DNA of 64,000 bases from Paraspadella gotoi. Lineage: Eukaryota; Animalia; Chaetognatha. The translations under genes were made by a program, and so were the position numbers. The stretch lies in contig CM119267.1 of assembly GCA_051294375.1 (NCBI GenBank), forward strand, positions 2,987,631 through 3,051,630, written 5' to 3'. Of this stretch, positions 1-13,903 are shown piece after piece. The notes under the pieces were generated by a model that saw only the letters and a list, made by a program, of their open reading frames with translations, was not told where the DNA came from and did no database searches. Within the stretch, counting starts at the first letter, position 1, and each line of letters starts with the position of its first letter.

Positions 1-1257
1 GTGGCGACGTCTCTCGTTCGGGTTTCGATCATCGGCGTCGGCGATGAGATGGCGCGAAACCGGTCGGTGCCGGCGATGGTCGAAACGTCGCTCGCGTCCG
101 CGTCATTGGACAGGATCCGTTGTAGCTTTCGCGTTATCCGATGGTCACTGAGACGAACATTCACGTCCAAGGGCAAAGGTTCGTCCCCTCTCTTTCTTCG
201 ATTCAGTTGGAAAAGAATCGATGGCGTGGCTCCGTAGTTATGATTCTCCTTTCTCGGTTTTCCTTCTCGTCGCCACCGGCGTCGTGTGAGTCCTAACGCG
301 GCGTCGCCCCAATCTGCCTTTAGCGAACGAAAGTTTATACTCCTCTGCGGCCTCCGTCGCTTCCCGCACCAAGAGGATCGTCCGCGCCCACTTTTCCGTT
401 ACAGTCGTGTAAAGGATTTCCGGGGTTATCTCCGGCAAAGAGACGTCGTACAAAGCAACGGCGGAGTGAAGGCAGCTCGCGATTCGGAACTCCGCTCACG
501 ACCTCCGCGATCCCCGGAGTTTTGAGGACTCGTGGAAATCCACGAGGAAAGGCGTCACCGTTAAACGTTTGTCCGCAGACTCCTTCGAGGGCGATTGGCG
601 AATGTTCCAGCGATTGGACGTGTTGACGACCGCCATCCACCTGATGAGTATATTATGATATTTAGTAGAATCAAGTACATCAAATTATTAATTATAAATA
701 TATTTTGAAGATTGGATGATGGCGATTCACCTTTGGCCTTAAATATTCATTGTAGCGTTTGAGTTCCAATTTGACAAATAGCTGCCGTCTTTTTTGCGGT
801 CTACTAAACTTATAGGTGAAGTTGAGATTGCACAGAATAAAGGCCATAATGGGTCTAAAAGTTAAAGTTTTTTAATGTTGGTGGTCCTCGATCCTAGAAG
901 GACAATTAACGAAATTAGCTCAACTTTAGAAACAACAAATAGAGTACATTCCAATATTGGATAAAGAATCAACCAGAATAACAAAGGGAGAGATCTATTT
1001 CAAAATTCGAGTGTACTAAAATAAAAACAAACAAAAAATTTCAAGTTATTAACATATTTTTTTTATTATTATACGTTAACCCACCAGCGAGCGTCTGCTA
1101 TTCGAAATTATAAGAATTACGTCTCTTCTAGCTACCGAAAGGTTACCACGTCGAAATTGAAATTGAACGCACTGAGATCGAACGACATAGTTCTGACGGA
1201 ATTCAATTCGCCGACAATTCTTTACTATGGAAATAAAGATGCACAGAAGGCCGCCAT
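1..1257 (-). CDS. Probable multi-exon gene, 3' end outside the window; possibly a PH-domain protein; frameshifted in this assembly
   Basis: The start context aagATGGCGGCC lies at 1257. Putative exons are ~1075-1257, ~945-995, 731-854 (ttttag acceptor, gtgaat donor) and 1-640 (catcag acceptor, GC-rich). Fragments PIMAFILCN.., ISLVDRKKTAAICQIGTQTL and RWMAVVNT resemble a PH domain, but a continuous frame needs several indels. The region looks unpolished. Confidence 0.35.
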
Positions 1258-1337
1258 CTTGGTTTCGTCTCTCTTCTTCCACGTGAGAACAAAAACTTTT
1301 TCGTGAAAAACAAATGAACAGAGAGTTCTGTCAGAAC

Positions 1338-1736
1338 TCCAAAGTCAGGGGGCAAGATAGCTTTATTTATAATATGAATGGATAATTTTTATATTGGTTG
1401 TACCATATTTCATAAAATTCAGCTCCTTGTATTTTGATGCTAGTGCGGAGTACAATAAGTATTCCCCGATCTAATACTTAAGGGAGTGGTCTTTTCATAC
1501 AATTGAAACATTCTTTGGAAATATTTTTCCACTTCATTGATAGGAAGCCAGGCTATCTGGGAGTGAAATAAACGAGTCTGTGAGAGAGTCTTGATTGAAA
1601 GCTGCAGGGACCTGCTATGTCATTATCTTGTAAGAGTGATGGAGGCCTTAACCACCAAAGCCTGTCCAAAATCAGGGGCAAGATAGCTTATTTATTAAAT
1701 GAATGGATAATTTTATATTGGTTGTACCAATTTCAT
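1338..1736 (+). mobile_element. Repeat family A (~326-bp unit), about 1.2 units in tandem
   Basis: The segment tccaaagtcaggggcaagatagc...ttggttgtaccaatttcat occurs at 1338 and again at 1665 (period ~327). The core gagagagtcttgattgaaagc(t)tgcagggacctgctatgtcattatcttgtaagagtgatggaggcc is shared with other copies. Confidence 0.85.
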
Positions 1737-2339
1737 ATATATATTACACAATTCTACTTTGTAGTCTTATCCTTATGGTAAAAATAATCATGCAACATAA
1801 CCTTAATCCCCAAAAAATTATCCATTCCCCCTTTTTGTTCGGCTTGTAGATTTTATGAGTTTCTCATGAATGATTTTCCAACAGGAATGATGTACGATAT
1901 CTATTAGAAAACTGTAACTGAAAGTAATCTCACCTTGTGTTGTGTAGATGCACCCTCTATTTCCAGAAGACAACACTAACGTCCCATCCCAAACAGAAAA
2001 AAAATAATATATTTTAAATATTTAACACAAAATATTTAACAAATAAATAAAATCATAAATATTAGTATTTTAAATCTAAAAAATAAGATAGTGAAACAAG
2101 TAATTTGCAACTTTCATAAATGCATATAAAAATGGCAAAATTATTTGATTATCGAAACTTCCGAAGTAAAATGATCGATGAAAACCTTTTCAGTTCAGTA
2201 TTTTTAACGCGCGTGAACGGACGTAATTTCAATTCTGACGTTGTACCCAAAAAGTGAGAATAAAAAAAACGGCTTCACACGTTGAGAATGAGAGAGGAAA
2301 GCGACGGAGAACGAGAGGGAGGAAATGGAGGGCAGGAAG

Positions 2340-2395
<56 letters not shown>

Positions 2396-2636
2396 GAAGA
2401 GAGAGAGAGAGAGAAAGATGAGAGAGAGAGGCTCAAAAAAAAAAAAAAAAAAGACAGGGAGAGAATATGAAGGTAAAGACTAGGAAGATAAAAAAAATGG
2501 TATTTTGTTCCTCGGGGTTTATTCTCGTAGTTCATATCCAAATATATCAGTATGAGCCGCAACGTTAAAATATTTATTAAGTTATAATAATGTCTAGATA
2601 ATAAAGGCTGTCATCGGCTGCGGTGGCGTTGATTAA

Positions 2637-4190
2637 TCACTTTTTCTCTTCCATTTTCTTCTTCCTTTCCTCTTCCTCATCCTTGGCGATCTGCTCCTGC
2701 ATCGCCTTGGAATTCATCATGACCAGCCCCATCCCGCGGTAGTGCTCCCTCGCCGCATCACGAATCCCGCTCGGTCGAGCCGAACTTCCCGTCGAGTCCT
2801 GACGCGACACATTTGGGGGGGGGGTGTAGATTTAAAAAATTCTAGAGAAAAAATAAATGACGATTTTAAACCCGATGCTAAAAAAAAAGTTGTCCTCTGC
2901 AAACCCGTTAATTTTGAACTAAAAACCAAACAATTTTATGTGTAAATTTGATATTAATCGATTTTGAAATGACTTGGTGTTGGAGACGGAATCGTGAAGA
3001 GGATCCTTCAAAGACTCTGAATTTACCGATGTGACATTAATAGTTAATGATATTCATTGTGTATTCATAATTGATTCATTACTTGTTCCCTTTCAGTTAA
3101 GTGAGCATCGTGTCATCATTAGTAAGTATGTGTTCGAGTGTGAGTCCTAATCTAGTTGGCGTCCCCGTTTTCTTGTCATTCATATTCACAGATCCTATAC
3201 TGTGGGCAACATTGTGGTCGACCGTGCCGCCGTTTGGTTAATCACCCTCTAACATTAGCAGTGAGCGAAGAAAGATAGATTTGAAAAAGGCCTCTCATTT
3301 TTTTTTAAATTCAACATTTTTCTCTAACTTTCAGCAAGCTTTCTCAAGAAATTTTTGAATAAAATAATACCAATATTGATCTCTTCTGAAAGCACTGGAA
3401 AATATAAAGAGAATGATTTACCTATGAATATTGTAGTATAAAATTTAGCCTGTCCAGCCTAAGTTTAAGATGGTCAAAATCGAGACATCTTTCAAAAAGT
3501 AAATAGCTGTGTGATTAGCTATGTTGAATTATTTTTCCTCTATGATTTTTTTATGATACTCATATAAATAATGATTATTCAGATTACTTTCGATTTCTTC
3601 TCCATAATTGCTGTTGTTAAAGACTTCGGCGTCGATCCTCTGCGTAGTTTCGCCGGTGCTGCGACGATACGGAGTCGCAGGCTCTTCGATCTGTGATTTT
3701 TATAATATTTAATATATTACTGTTTTAATTTTATCTTTTATTTTTTCTTTTTATTATTTATTTTTCGTGTCATTTTTTATTTCGCGAAGGGATGTTATTT
3801 TTATTTTTTTTAACTCAGGAAGACCTTGTCGAATCCGTAATCTTTATCGGGCGGATGCCAGCGTCTTTCTATTATTGTTTCGTCGTATTTGATATGGTTC
3901 CTATCGTTATAGATAGTATAATTAGATTTAAAGTAAATCTCGAAAGAAAATAACGCTTGATTCAGATACTTTTGGAATTGGCTGAACGAATACAAAGTTC
4001 TATATTCATTAAGAGCGATTCGTTTTATTCAATCACCCGAAGTAAAATTAGCTATCAAGCAACGCAATTGACGCTTCTCTCTGCCTGCTTGTAAGTCTGC
4101 TTGTCTTCTCGTTCATGAGGACTCCCTATGTCGCCGGCTGATATTGAGGCTTCTTGATGTTCGCGAGGCATCCGTTGTACTTCCGTAGAT
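2637..4190 (-). CDS. Probable multi-exon gene of unknown product; weak resemblance to the EF1A/HBS1-type C-terminal beta-barrel
   Basis: The terminal exon 2637-2798 ends ...GMGLVMMNSKAMQEQIAKDEEEERKKKMEEKK-TGA. Exon 3588-3690 (cacag/gtaat) is clean and reads IEEPATPYRRSTGETTQRIDAEVFNNSNYGEEIE. Exon ~3815-3981 reads ..YDETIIERRWHPPDKDYGFDKVF. Further candidates lie at ~3085-3248 and ~4073-4190. Joining them needs indels. Confidence 0.4.
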
Positions 4191-4569
4191 GTGGTGATGA
4201 TTGAATTTGAATAGATGATCTTTATCTCTCCTTTCCTTTCCTCTTTTATTTTTTTCGTTGGTGTACGTTCACTCCCCGTGTGCCGCGGGCGCGGGAAGTG
4301 CAACCTCGAGCGGCGTGGAAATCGAGATCGTGATCGTCTTTGTGAGCTGGATACACTGAGGAGAGAGAGAGAGATGAGAGAAGAGAGAGAGAGGAAGAGA
4401 GAGAGAGAGAGACGAGAAGAGAGAGGAGAAGAGAGAGAGATGAGAGAGAGAGGAGAACTGAAGAATAGGCCGACACACAGTATAAAGAAACACGAGCAAG
4501 TGTCATCAGAAATATTTGATTCTATGCACTCTAATAAAACCTTCTCCTACCCCTCCTCTCTCCTCCTCT

Positions 4570-4621
<52 letters not shown>

Positions 4622-5516
4622 TCTCTAAGATTAACGTGAGGGCGGCGTTTTCTTTCTTGACGCTGTTCTTGTTGTCAGCCAACCGAGACAGTTGGTGTAG
4701 CGTTGATAGAACTCTGTCGGTAAGCGAAATTCAGTCTCCTCTTCATTCACTGAACGTAGCTCGCTTCGAGGTCGCAAGTTCGTTCGAAATTCTCCTCGAT
4801 TTCCAACCATAATATAAATATAGTATAAATAAGTAGTATAAATTAGAAGAATATGTTGCAAATTACTTTCTCTTTCCCTTTCCCGCGTTTGGCCTATGGC
4901 ATGGTAAGGCTTAAGCCTGAGGCTCCATCCCCTCTCACAATCAAAGATATATGAGCTGGCATATCCCTGCAAGACCCTCTCCGCATTCAATCAAGAATCT
5001 CTTTCAAACTGGTTTATTACACTCTCTTTGCGTTCCTTTCACATAAAGTTTCAGTTTGTTCGAGAATTATCCCAATTGTTACAGCACAAAGGCCATTCAA
5101 AATACAAAGATGAAATATGAAAAGCTTTTAATAAGTAAACGATTAACCAATACAATGTATTTATACGTCCCCTTCGCCCCCAACCTTCTCGGCGCCATTT
5201 TGGTACGGAAGCGTTGTAGCGTTCCTTCAATAGAGGCGAGAGTCTGTGCGGTGTCGATAGGCGGGGAGTTTTATCCTTTCCGTTTCCTCGTCTATACAAC
5301 TCTAGAAGAAGAGGAGAAGACATGGGAGGCGTTTAAATATTTGGATGAACGGATAAACCCGAAATCAATGTAATGAATTCTACCGTGTGGAAAATTCACC
5401 TTTGTCTCACTGGAGTGCCCAATATAATCGGGTTTCCAAGGGGACGAGTGATGGCAAAGTTTGTCTCGCGAGACCGCAGTTTTTGTGATAATCTGAGAGG
5501 AGCGAGAGGAGAGAGA

Positions 5517-5552
<36 letters not shown>

Positions 5553-5619
5553 CGAGAGAGAGAAGAGAGAGAGAAATAAACGAGATGAACACAAACCTTC
5601 TAATCATCTGAGCAAGAAA

Positions 5620-6450
5620 AGTGTTGTCTCGAACGAAAAACCTAAAATTGGGTAAGAAAAAAAAAATTATGAGATACTTTAGTCAGCGACAAAGATGGAG
5701 ATTTAGCTTTTTCGTGGAGAGAGACGAGAGATGAGAAGTAGAGAGAGGAATAGAGAGAAGAGAGGGGAGAGAGAGAGAGAGAAGAGAGAAGAGAAGAGAG
5801 AGAGAGAGAGAGAGAGAGGGAAGAGAGAGAAAGAGAAGAGAGAGAGGAGACCAACACATCAGACGGAGAAACCATAAAGAAAAGTTGTTGTCATCTGACG
5901 AAAAACCTAAAAGGGAAGAAATAAAAATTATGAGATCTTTAGTTCCGGACAGAGAGAGATTTAGTTTTTTCGTGGAGAGAGAGAGACGAGAGAGAGGGAG
6001 AGAGAGAAGAGAGAGAGGCGAGAGAAGAGAGAGAAGCGGGAGAGAGAGGAGGAGAGGAGAGAGAGGGAGAGAGAGAGTGAGAGAGAAGAGAGAGAGAGAG
6101 AGACAAACCAACCAAGACGGACACAACATTAAGAAAAGTGTTGTCCGTCGATAGGACGAAAACGGTAACAAATTGTGGAAGAACCAAAAAATTATGAGAT
6201 ACTTTACGTCAGCAGACAAGAGAGTTTAGTTTTTTTCCCGTGGACGAGAGAGAGAGAGACATGAGAGAGACGAAGAGAGAGAAGAGAGAGAGCAGAGAGA
6301 GAGAGAAGGAGGGAAGAGGAGAGAGAGAGAGAGAGAGAGGGCTGAGAGAGAGAGAGAGAGACGGAAGAGAAGGAGTAGAGAAGAAGAGAGACAAAAACAC
6401 ACAGAACCGGATGAACGGACAAATCATAAAGAAACAGGAAGAGAAAAAAG
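5620..6450 (+). repeat. Three tandem ~270-bp units, each containing an (AG)n tract
   Basis: The unit acgaaaaacctaaaattggg..aaaaattatgagatactttagtcagcgacaagagagatttagtttttcgtggagagag occurs at ~5633, ~5898 and ~6156. One unit is visible between gaps at 14888-15000 in the duplicate block. Confidence 0.7.
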
Positions 6451-7063
6451 CAAAGATAGTAGCGCGACCTTTCCGCCGTTGACCAACTTCCGGGCGTTGG
6501 AAAATGAACAACAGGATGTTCGATGGACCGAGTGGTCGGCGCCATGGTTCCAAGGTGCGACGTGCGTCGCGGAAATTCCCCCCCGTGGCGCCGTCGGTTT
6601 CAACTGTTGGCGCGGATGTTGGTTTCAAGATTGCAGTATGTTGACGCCTAGTGCGGGGTCTGTGGTTGCGGCGAGCCCATAATATTGACGCCGTTAAGGC
6701 GAGAAAGTGAGTTTTGTGGCGGAGTGGAGTTTCGCTATATATATAGAGGGTCTATGGGCGCGTGCCTCAGCAATATTGCAGCCGCCGCTTAGTCGTGGCC
6801 CTTTGTGTTGCTACGTCAACTATCCTCCTATTGCTGTTTGAACCGCCGGCGTCATTTTTTCCGCATCGTTATTTGTCAGTTTTTACATGTCACATCTTTT
6901 CTGATTTATTCTTTAACATTTTATGTTCTTTTTGTTTTTTTTAGCTCAATAGATAACGGTGGCAGGTAAATCGTCAAAACGACGTTTTTTTCTTGTCTCT
7001 TTATTTGCTAGCATTCTTAATTGCAGGTTCGGACCGGTTTTCGTATTCTTACGTAATCTACAG

Positions 7064-7109
<46 letters not shown>

Positions 7110-7158
7110 CTTTTTTTTTTTTTTTTTATTTTTTTTTATTTTTTTTTTTTTTTTTTTT

Positions 7159-7203
<45 letters not shown>

Positions 7204-7813
7204 TTTTTTTTTTGACAATATAAACAATCCGCGAACTCGTAGCTCGAAGTAAAGTCTTGTTCAGCTCTTGACTTTCAAAATATATCAATCAAATTTTACG
7301 ATGATTTATATCATAGTTTCTTCTCATTGGTGGTCGTCAGGTACTGTAGCTTTGAAGAAGAGGAGAGATGCGAGAGAGAGAGTCGAGGGAGTATCGGGAC
7401 GTGTGACGAAGGGTATTGGAGCGAGAGGAAGAGGAGAGATGAGATAGAACACAATGGAGAGAAGGAGAGAGAGAGAGCAAGAGAGGAGAGAGGAGAAAAA
7501 TATTTTCCGCGTCTGCAACACATACCATATTCAAGAAAATATATTTCCCCGAAAGAGGCGACGACACACAAACAACATACACACACAACTCCCGATCTGG
7601 GCTATCGCCCAACAACGCAACCCACAACACAAACACCAACCAGTCTCTGGCGGTCGCAGCCGCCTTTCTCTTCTTCTCTTCGCCTCCGCCGCCGCTCCGG
7701 CATGACAAGACAGCCTCCGTGCGCCAATGGCAAACACATCATTACACGAAACAGCACAAAAAAAAACAAAAAAAAAAACAAAACACATAAATACAACACA
7801 GAGAACGAAAAAA

Positions 7814-7940
<127 letters not shown>

Positions 7941-9233
7941 AAAAAACAAAAGCTACAAACAACAAAAAAAAAAAAAAAACAAAAGCCACCCAGGACCGGC
8001 CATGTTCGCTCATTCTCAAAAAAAAAAAAAAAAAAAGAAGAAAAAAAAAAAAAAAAAAAAAACAATAAAAAAAAACCAACAAAAAAAAAAAACAGAACAA
8101 AAAAAATAAAAAAGAATCTGGAGGAAACTCCCATAAAAGAAGAGTAGAGCCAAGTATATAAAAATAAAAAAAAAAAACAAAAAAAAACAGACTACAGAGA
8201 AACATATAAAAGAGAAAAAAACAGAAAAAAGCAGAACGACCATAAATAAATAAAAAAACAACGAAAAAACAAATAAAAAAAAAGCATCAAAATCGACAAA
8301 TAAAAACCACAAATAACGCTACAGAACCGTCAAAAAAAAGGACAACACAAAAAAAAAAAAAAAAAAAAAAAACCAAAAACACATACCGTCAACAGAGATA
8401 CAAAAAGAAAACACAAGAAACAAAAAAACAAAAAAAACAACCACCAAAAAACCAAAAAAAAAAAACAAAACAAAAAAAAACAACACAACAAAAAAAAAAA
8501 ACACAAAAAAAAAAAAAAAAAAAAAAAAACCCGCCTACCTCGACACAAGACAATAAAAAAACAGAGAAAAACAAAAAAAAAAACAAAAACCCAAATACAA
8601 AATACAAATACGCCACAAAAAACCAACACACCACATACAATAACAATAACGCTCACATCCACCACTACAAAAAAAAAAAAATCAATAGAAAAAAATAAAA
8701 AAAAAAATAAACAAGAAGAACTCTTTCCTTTCTCGACCCTCGGCCCTTCTGACCCGCTGTTTACCTTCCCGGCCCGCAGCGTCTCTCCTCTCCTCGTCCG
8801 CGCTCTCCTAATAATTCCGAACGCCTCATTGATTGGTAATATCAGCGATCTTTTGTTTTCTCCACGCTTTGAAAGGATATTTCTTAATACATGTTAGAGA
8901 TTGATTTTTTTCATTTTTTGTATTAAATGATACTTGATACTTGTAAATTGTAAATTCCATAAATTAAACTTTAATGAATAAATCGAGTGACTTTTCCGCG
9001 CCTCGTTTCCCCGCGTCAGTCGCCTTTCCATTTTGGCTGTAAGAAGACTGTGCGGTGCTCGCCGGCCGCGCCAGCGCCACCTCATCGCCGCCCGCCGCGC
9101 CCCAGAACCCATGCCGCCAACCTGGCTTTCGTCGCCATCAAGCAACTTTCCCCCCCACCTCCCCGTCCCGTCCTCCCCCCTCGCTGGGTTGAAAGTCCGC
9201 CATGGGCTCATTCGGTTGGATTTTAAAAAATAT

Positions 9234-10542
9234 TAGGTCTAGAATATTAAAGAGTTCGTTGTTTTTCCGTTCGGTGCCTCTCGTTCTTTTATTTACAAAA
9301 GTATTGGCCTTCGCTGAATTGTAAAACAATAAACTCTTAGTTTCGGGGATCGGCTTGTAATTTGTTTGCTTCAGTGTGATTTTTGGGCCCAAGCGTAGAC
9401 AATATGGATGTATCTCCGCTCCCGTTTATTTTCGTTTGGTTGTCAAGTTGCACGCAGTTATTTAATTTTAATCATAAGGACATACTCAATCCACCTCTTT
9501 TAATATATTGGCTAAACTAGATTCGTCATATTATGTACGAAGGATTTAGTAATAAAAGCACATTGTTCCTGGCATATGGGGACCAAAGAACAACACAGAA
9601 GTCCAGTGATGGTGGGCAATCGCTTTGTTCGTTCCCCACTCTCTATGTTGCTACTTACGCTACCCTTAAGTGGGGATGTGTGCGAGCTGTTTTTCCATAC
9701 GAGCTAATATGGTTCATTATTGGATAACATGAATAAGATTAAGGATAGTAAGTTCATCCTAGTGGGGGGTGTGTTTATATTTTCGCACTCTCCCTCTCAC
9801 ATCCCGTGGGGATGTAAGCTAAGCATAATTGACGTGGTCCCTTGGTCACCTGACTGTCAAGCGTGGGGTGGGGAGCCTTGGCGCTTACTCTGGCCTGTTG
9901 GTATGGCTGCCTGTCTGAGCCGGAGATAGACCGAAAAACCCCGGTCTCAGCGTTTATCTAGTAGACTGCCGTCTGCACAGTAGCCGAAAACTCCTGCTGC
10001 AGTCCGGTTGACTCCTCATACTGTGCCGCTTGCACGTAAAAAAACCGGAAACACCGTTTTAACAGAATTTACCAAGTGAAACTTAATATGGAATTCGACC
10101 ACATAGCGGTCGAACCTTTTTTTTCTTTTTTGCGCAACTTTACACGTGCATGTGGGTACGCTTTAATACATATCGTTTTCCCCCCGCTTCCTTGCCAATT
10201 TGCCTATATCAATTTCTATGACGGAGGCGCCATTAAGCTGGGACCGACTTTGCTCTGCAAGTGACGGAAGGCCCATTAGCTGGGACCGCAGTTTTTGCCG
10301 TCTGTGCAAGATGTCGGATGCCCCAGTAAGCCTGGGATGAGCGTTAAGATTGCCGTCTATCTTTTGAGGATTTAGAGCGAGAACAGATTATGATCTGGCG
10401 ACGAGTGGTCATACTATATAGAGTGGAGCGTGAACCGCGTCTCTTTTTCTTTCTAGGGTTTTCACATACGCTAATTGTTAAGATAGTTCCGTTTGGGATG
10501 TACGGGCGGGACGATATTGATATTGTCTTATTAAAGTTCTTT
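9234..10542. mobile_element. ~1.3-kb insertion present in only one of the two duplicated blocks
   Basis: The flanks ggattttaaaaaatat and aataaatgaagcg are nearly adjacent in the other copy (16651-16680). The insert has an internal ~40-bp triple repeat (ccattaagctgggaccg.., ~10230-10340). Confidence 0.5.
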
Positions 10543-11673
10543 ATTAATAAATGAAGCGCTGTCTCGTGTGGCTGTTACTGCGGTGCGCGGTTTGGGTGCT
10601 GGTTTGCCCTGCAGGTTCTTTAACGGCCACTTGTGCGGTAAACGCTAATGGCTCTTTTCTATGCACATGATGACATGAGACAAAAAACTACTAACTGAAA
10701 TATCATGTAATATTAATTGGAAAAATAACTTAGCATTCTATTTAAAACCATAAAAAAGTATTGCTAAAAATTGCTAAAATAAGACTTTAATAAAACCGTA
10801 TCAAATGATAATGAGAAATAATTAAAGACAAACTGCTACAATATGTAAATTGAGTTTGAAGAAATAAAAGTCTTTGTTTGAACCGGACGGCTTGACGCTT
10901 GTACACTTTTGAATGATAATATTGAGGCGACATCGTACACACATATTCTGCTAGCTTCTCCTCACTCTTATACTTTTCTCTTCTACAGTATACTTATTAA
11001 AGTTTACAATTTTGACAATGAAGTAATTTAATAGAAAAAGTTTATCATTACCAGCCCCTGGTTTTAAAAACCAAAACCAAATATTTATTTTGGACGAAAG
11101 GAAACTAAATAATATTTCGAGGTTCTATGAATACATAGAGACCCCAAAAAAAAAAATCTTAGAGTGACATTTTTTCCCCAACTTCGGCCAAAAATAATGG
11201 ATGAACGTTAATCTTTCATCTTTTTTTCATCGTGACACTGGACTAGAGATGAGCTTCGTTCAGGGCCTCAGTGTGTTCATGATGAGACACTACCTCGACG
11301 ATCGTAAGCGGTAAATATAATATCAAAAATTTATTCAAAAAAAAAAAAAAAAAAATGTAAGAAAAAGAAAAAAAGAAAAAAAAGGAAAGAGTTTCTCTAT
11401 GATGAACGACTAACTGTCTTGTCACAATTTTTCAAACTCAATTGCGGAATTCATCTTTCATGTTCATGACCACGGCCCTGTCCGTCGGTCTTTCGTGGTC
11501 GCTTCGCCAGTTTCACATATCGGGAGACTGGTCCCGGCCTAATTGCATTTTCATATGTATCACGGATCCTGTCATTAGTCGTCGCGTCATCTATCTTTCG
11601 GCGTCTCTCGTTTCTTTCTCTTTCCCTTCATTTTTTTTTTTCCTTTTTTTCCTTATTTGTTTGTTGTCTTTTT

Positions 11674-12081
11674 TTAGTTGCGCCGCGAGCACCATTGCGA
11701 CAGACTCTTGTGAGGACGGGGCTTTTTCGGTCGGGACGTCTGCTCGGTCGGTTTGCTACGGTCGTTATTGGTCTATCCTGAAGTCTGTCCCACTTAAAAA
11801 TGCTCATACTTGCCTATAGTTGGGTTGCCTGCTAAGACTAGGTAAAAACCCTTAAAATCTAGTTTTTGCAGGCCGGCCTTACAGGAAATTCCTAAAAAAT
11901 ATAAGATAAAAGACGAAAAATCCATGCAGTGTTATTCATAATGATACACGGGATAAGAAGTGTATTGCCAGTCATTAGTCATGGTTCATAGTCAGTCCAT
12001 ATCACTAGAAATACTCGTGATGCAGGCATCAAGCTTTGTTCGCGTACGCAAACTCCACAATTTGCAATTCCGTTCTTGTTT
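11674..12081 (+). mobile_element. Family B (DINE-1/HINE-like), noisy duplicate of the copy at 17644
   Basis: It starts tttagttgcgccgcgagc, has a degenerate tcggtc tract and ends ccgttcttgtttt. Confidence 0.6.
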
Positions 12082-13903
12082 TCAAAATTTTTCTTGTTTC
12101 CTTCTTCTCTGCCTCCTTCTTACTGCCCCTTTCCATCACTTACCATTTCTTCCTTTAACCTTTGACTCTCATCCCGTTTTATTATATGGAAATTGTACAA
12201 ACTAATGTACAAGATTATTCATCATTTGAATAATTGGTTTAATCAGATCCTCCATCACTCTTCAGTAATGACATACGCAGGTTCCCTTCAACTTTCAAAA
12301 TGCACTCAAGAACTTTCCTATCAGGTAAGTGTTAAACCATTTAACGACTCGTTCAATTGCAATATAAATCGTTTTAAATTCGGAATTCAACAAGGTTGAT
12401 TTCAGTACAATACAGGAGCATCAAAAAAGCTACGTCTAAAAAAACAGAAACAAAGTTAAGATGCGGTGAAAACCAACGCACCGAAGACAAGACAAAGGTC
12501 CAAATTAAAGAAGATCACTCCCTTGATTTGACTCTTCTCCTTTGATGGCGCCCCTCCGTTTTAATTTTAATTAATTCTCATCTTTCCCCGCATTCCTCCC
12601 ATTATAATTTTTAGAACCTCCCCTTTGTTCTCATCAGCATTTTTTTTTTCTAATCTCGTTTTATTTTAATTCTATATCTCTCCTCCATTGATCCATTTTC
12701 TCTATTGCCTTTCCCCTTTGTGCCCCCCCTATTCCCCCCCGCCCCTCATTTTCCTCCTTTTTGTTTCCTCCTTTTTCTTTCTCCTTTCGTACAATCAACT
12801 TTTTCCTCCCAGTGAGTCGTATCGCTGGTATGCCCTCCACTTGGCTGTATGTTCTCTCAGGGGTTCGCTTCTGCCGCGACAAACGGATCTATCTCTTTCC
12901 ATCACCCTCTGCCTAACACCTCCTCCTCCTCACTGTCGCCCACCTGGGTTCCTTATCAGCCCATCGTATAACCGGCCCAATCTTGCCACGTGGAAGGGAA
13001 CTTTCTCTTCGGTGAACCTGAATTCCATGCCCATTGAAAGCTAACGCGTTAAGAGATGCCGGTGCCGGAGAGACGAGACGAGAGGAGAGTAGGAAGAGAG
13101 ACGAGAGAAGCGAGAGAGAAGAGAGAGAGAAGGAGAAGAGAGAGAGACGAGAGAGAGAGAGTTAAGGGGGAGGAAGCATGATATGGTCGACAGCCGGAAC
13201 GACGCTGCGCGATGTTTTGCGAGATAAGTAACTTTGTTCATCCGGTGAATTTTTCTTTATGTTTGTGGGTCCGCGGGAAGGGCCAGGGACGCAGGGATGG
13301 AGGAGGAGGAGGGGGGAAGAGGAGGAGAAGGAGGGATGGCAAGATTGAGCTTAATTTTCCTATTTTTATTCACCCTTAATGCATGGGCAACGTTAAAGTT
13401 AATTTTTTTTTTATTTAACAGATTGGGTTGAAAGGCTATAGAGTACGGTGACAGGCACGTGCGGACATCGCGAAATTTATGGAGATAGGTTGCGCGTGGT
13501 TATGCGTTAGGGACTTGGCTCTGTGCATTACCCGCCGTTAGGGTTATAAAGGCTTATACGTAGTTATGGGATTAATATAGGCGGTTTCAGGTATGGTAGG
13601 GGATTTAACGGATCTTGGGTTTAAGAGGTTTAGGAATTAGGTATTAGGAATCCGTGTTATTATAGGTAAAAAAGTATTTTGGCATTGAATTATAAATTGA
13701 TAAATTAACATTTGGGCCACTCTTCCCGGAAAAGGAGGAAGAGCAGGAAGAGAGTTTGGAAGTACAAGGGAGAAGACAATAGAATATAAAGGTGGAATAA
13801 AAGGAAAGCGGAGTCGGAATTTTTCGAAGGTCGCGTGGAAGGCGCAGAAAAAAACGAAAAAAAAAGGAACAAGGCGATNNNNNNNNNNNNNNNNNNNNNN
13901 NNN

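Noticed and set aside
5480-6400. RE-rich and SL-rich ORFs here and at other (AG)n tracts
   Set aside because: They are translations of AG/CT microsatellites.
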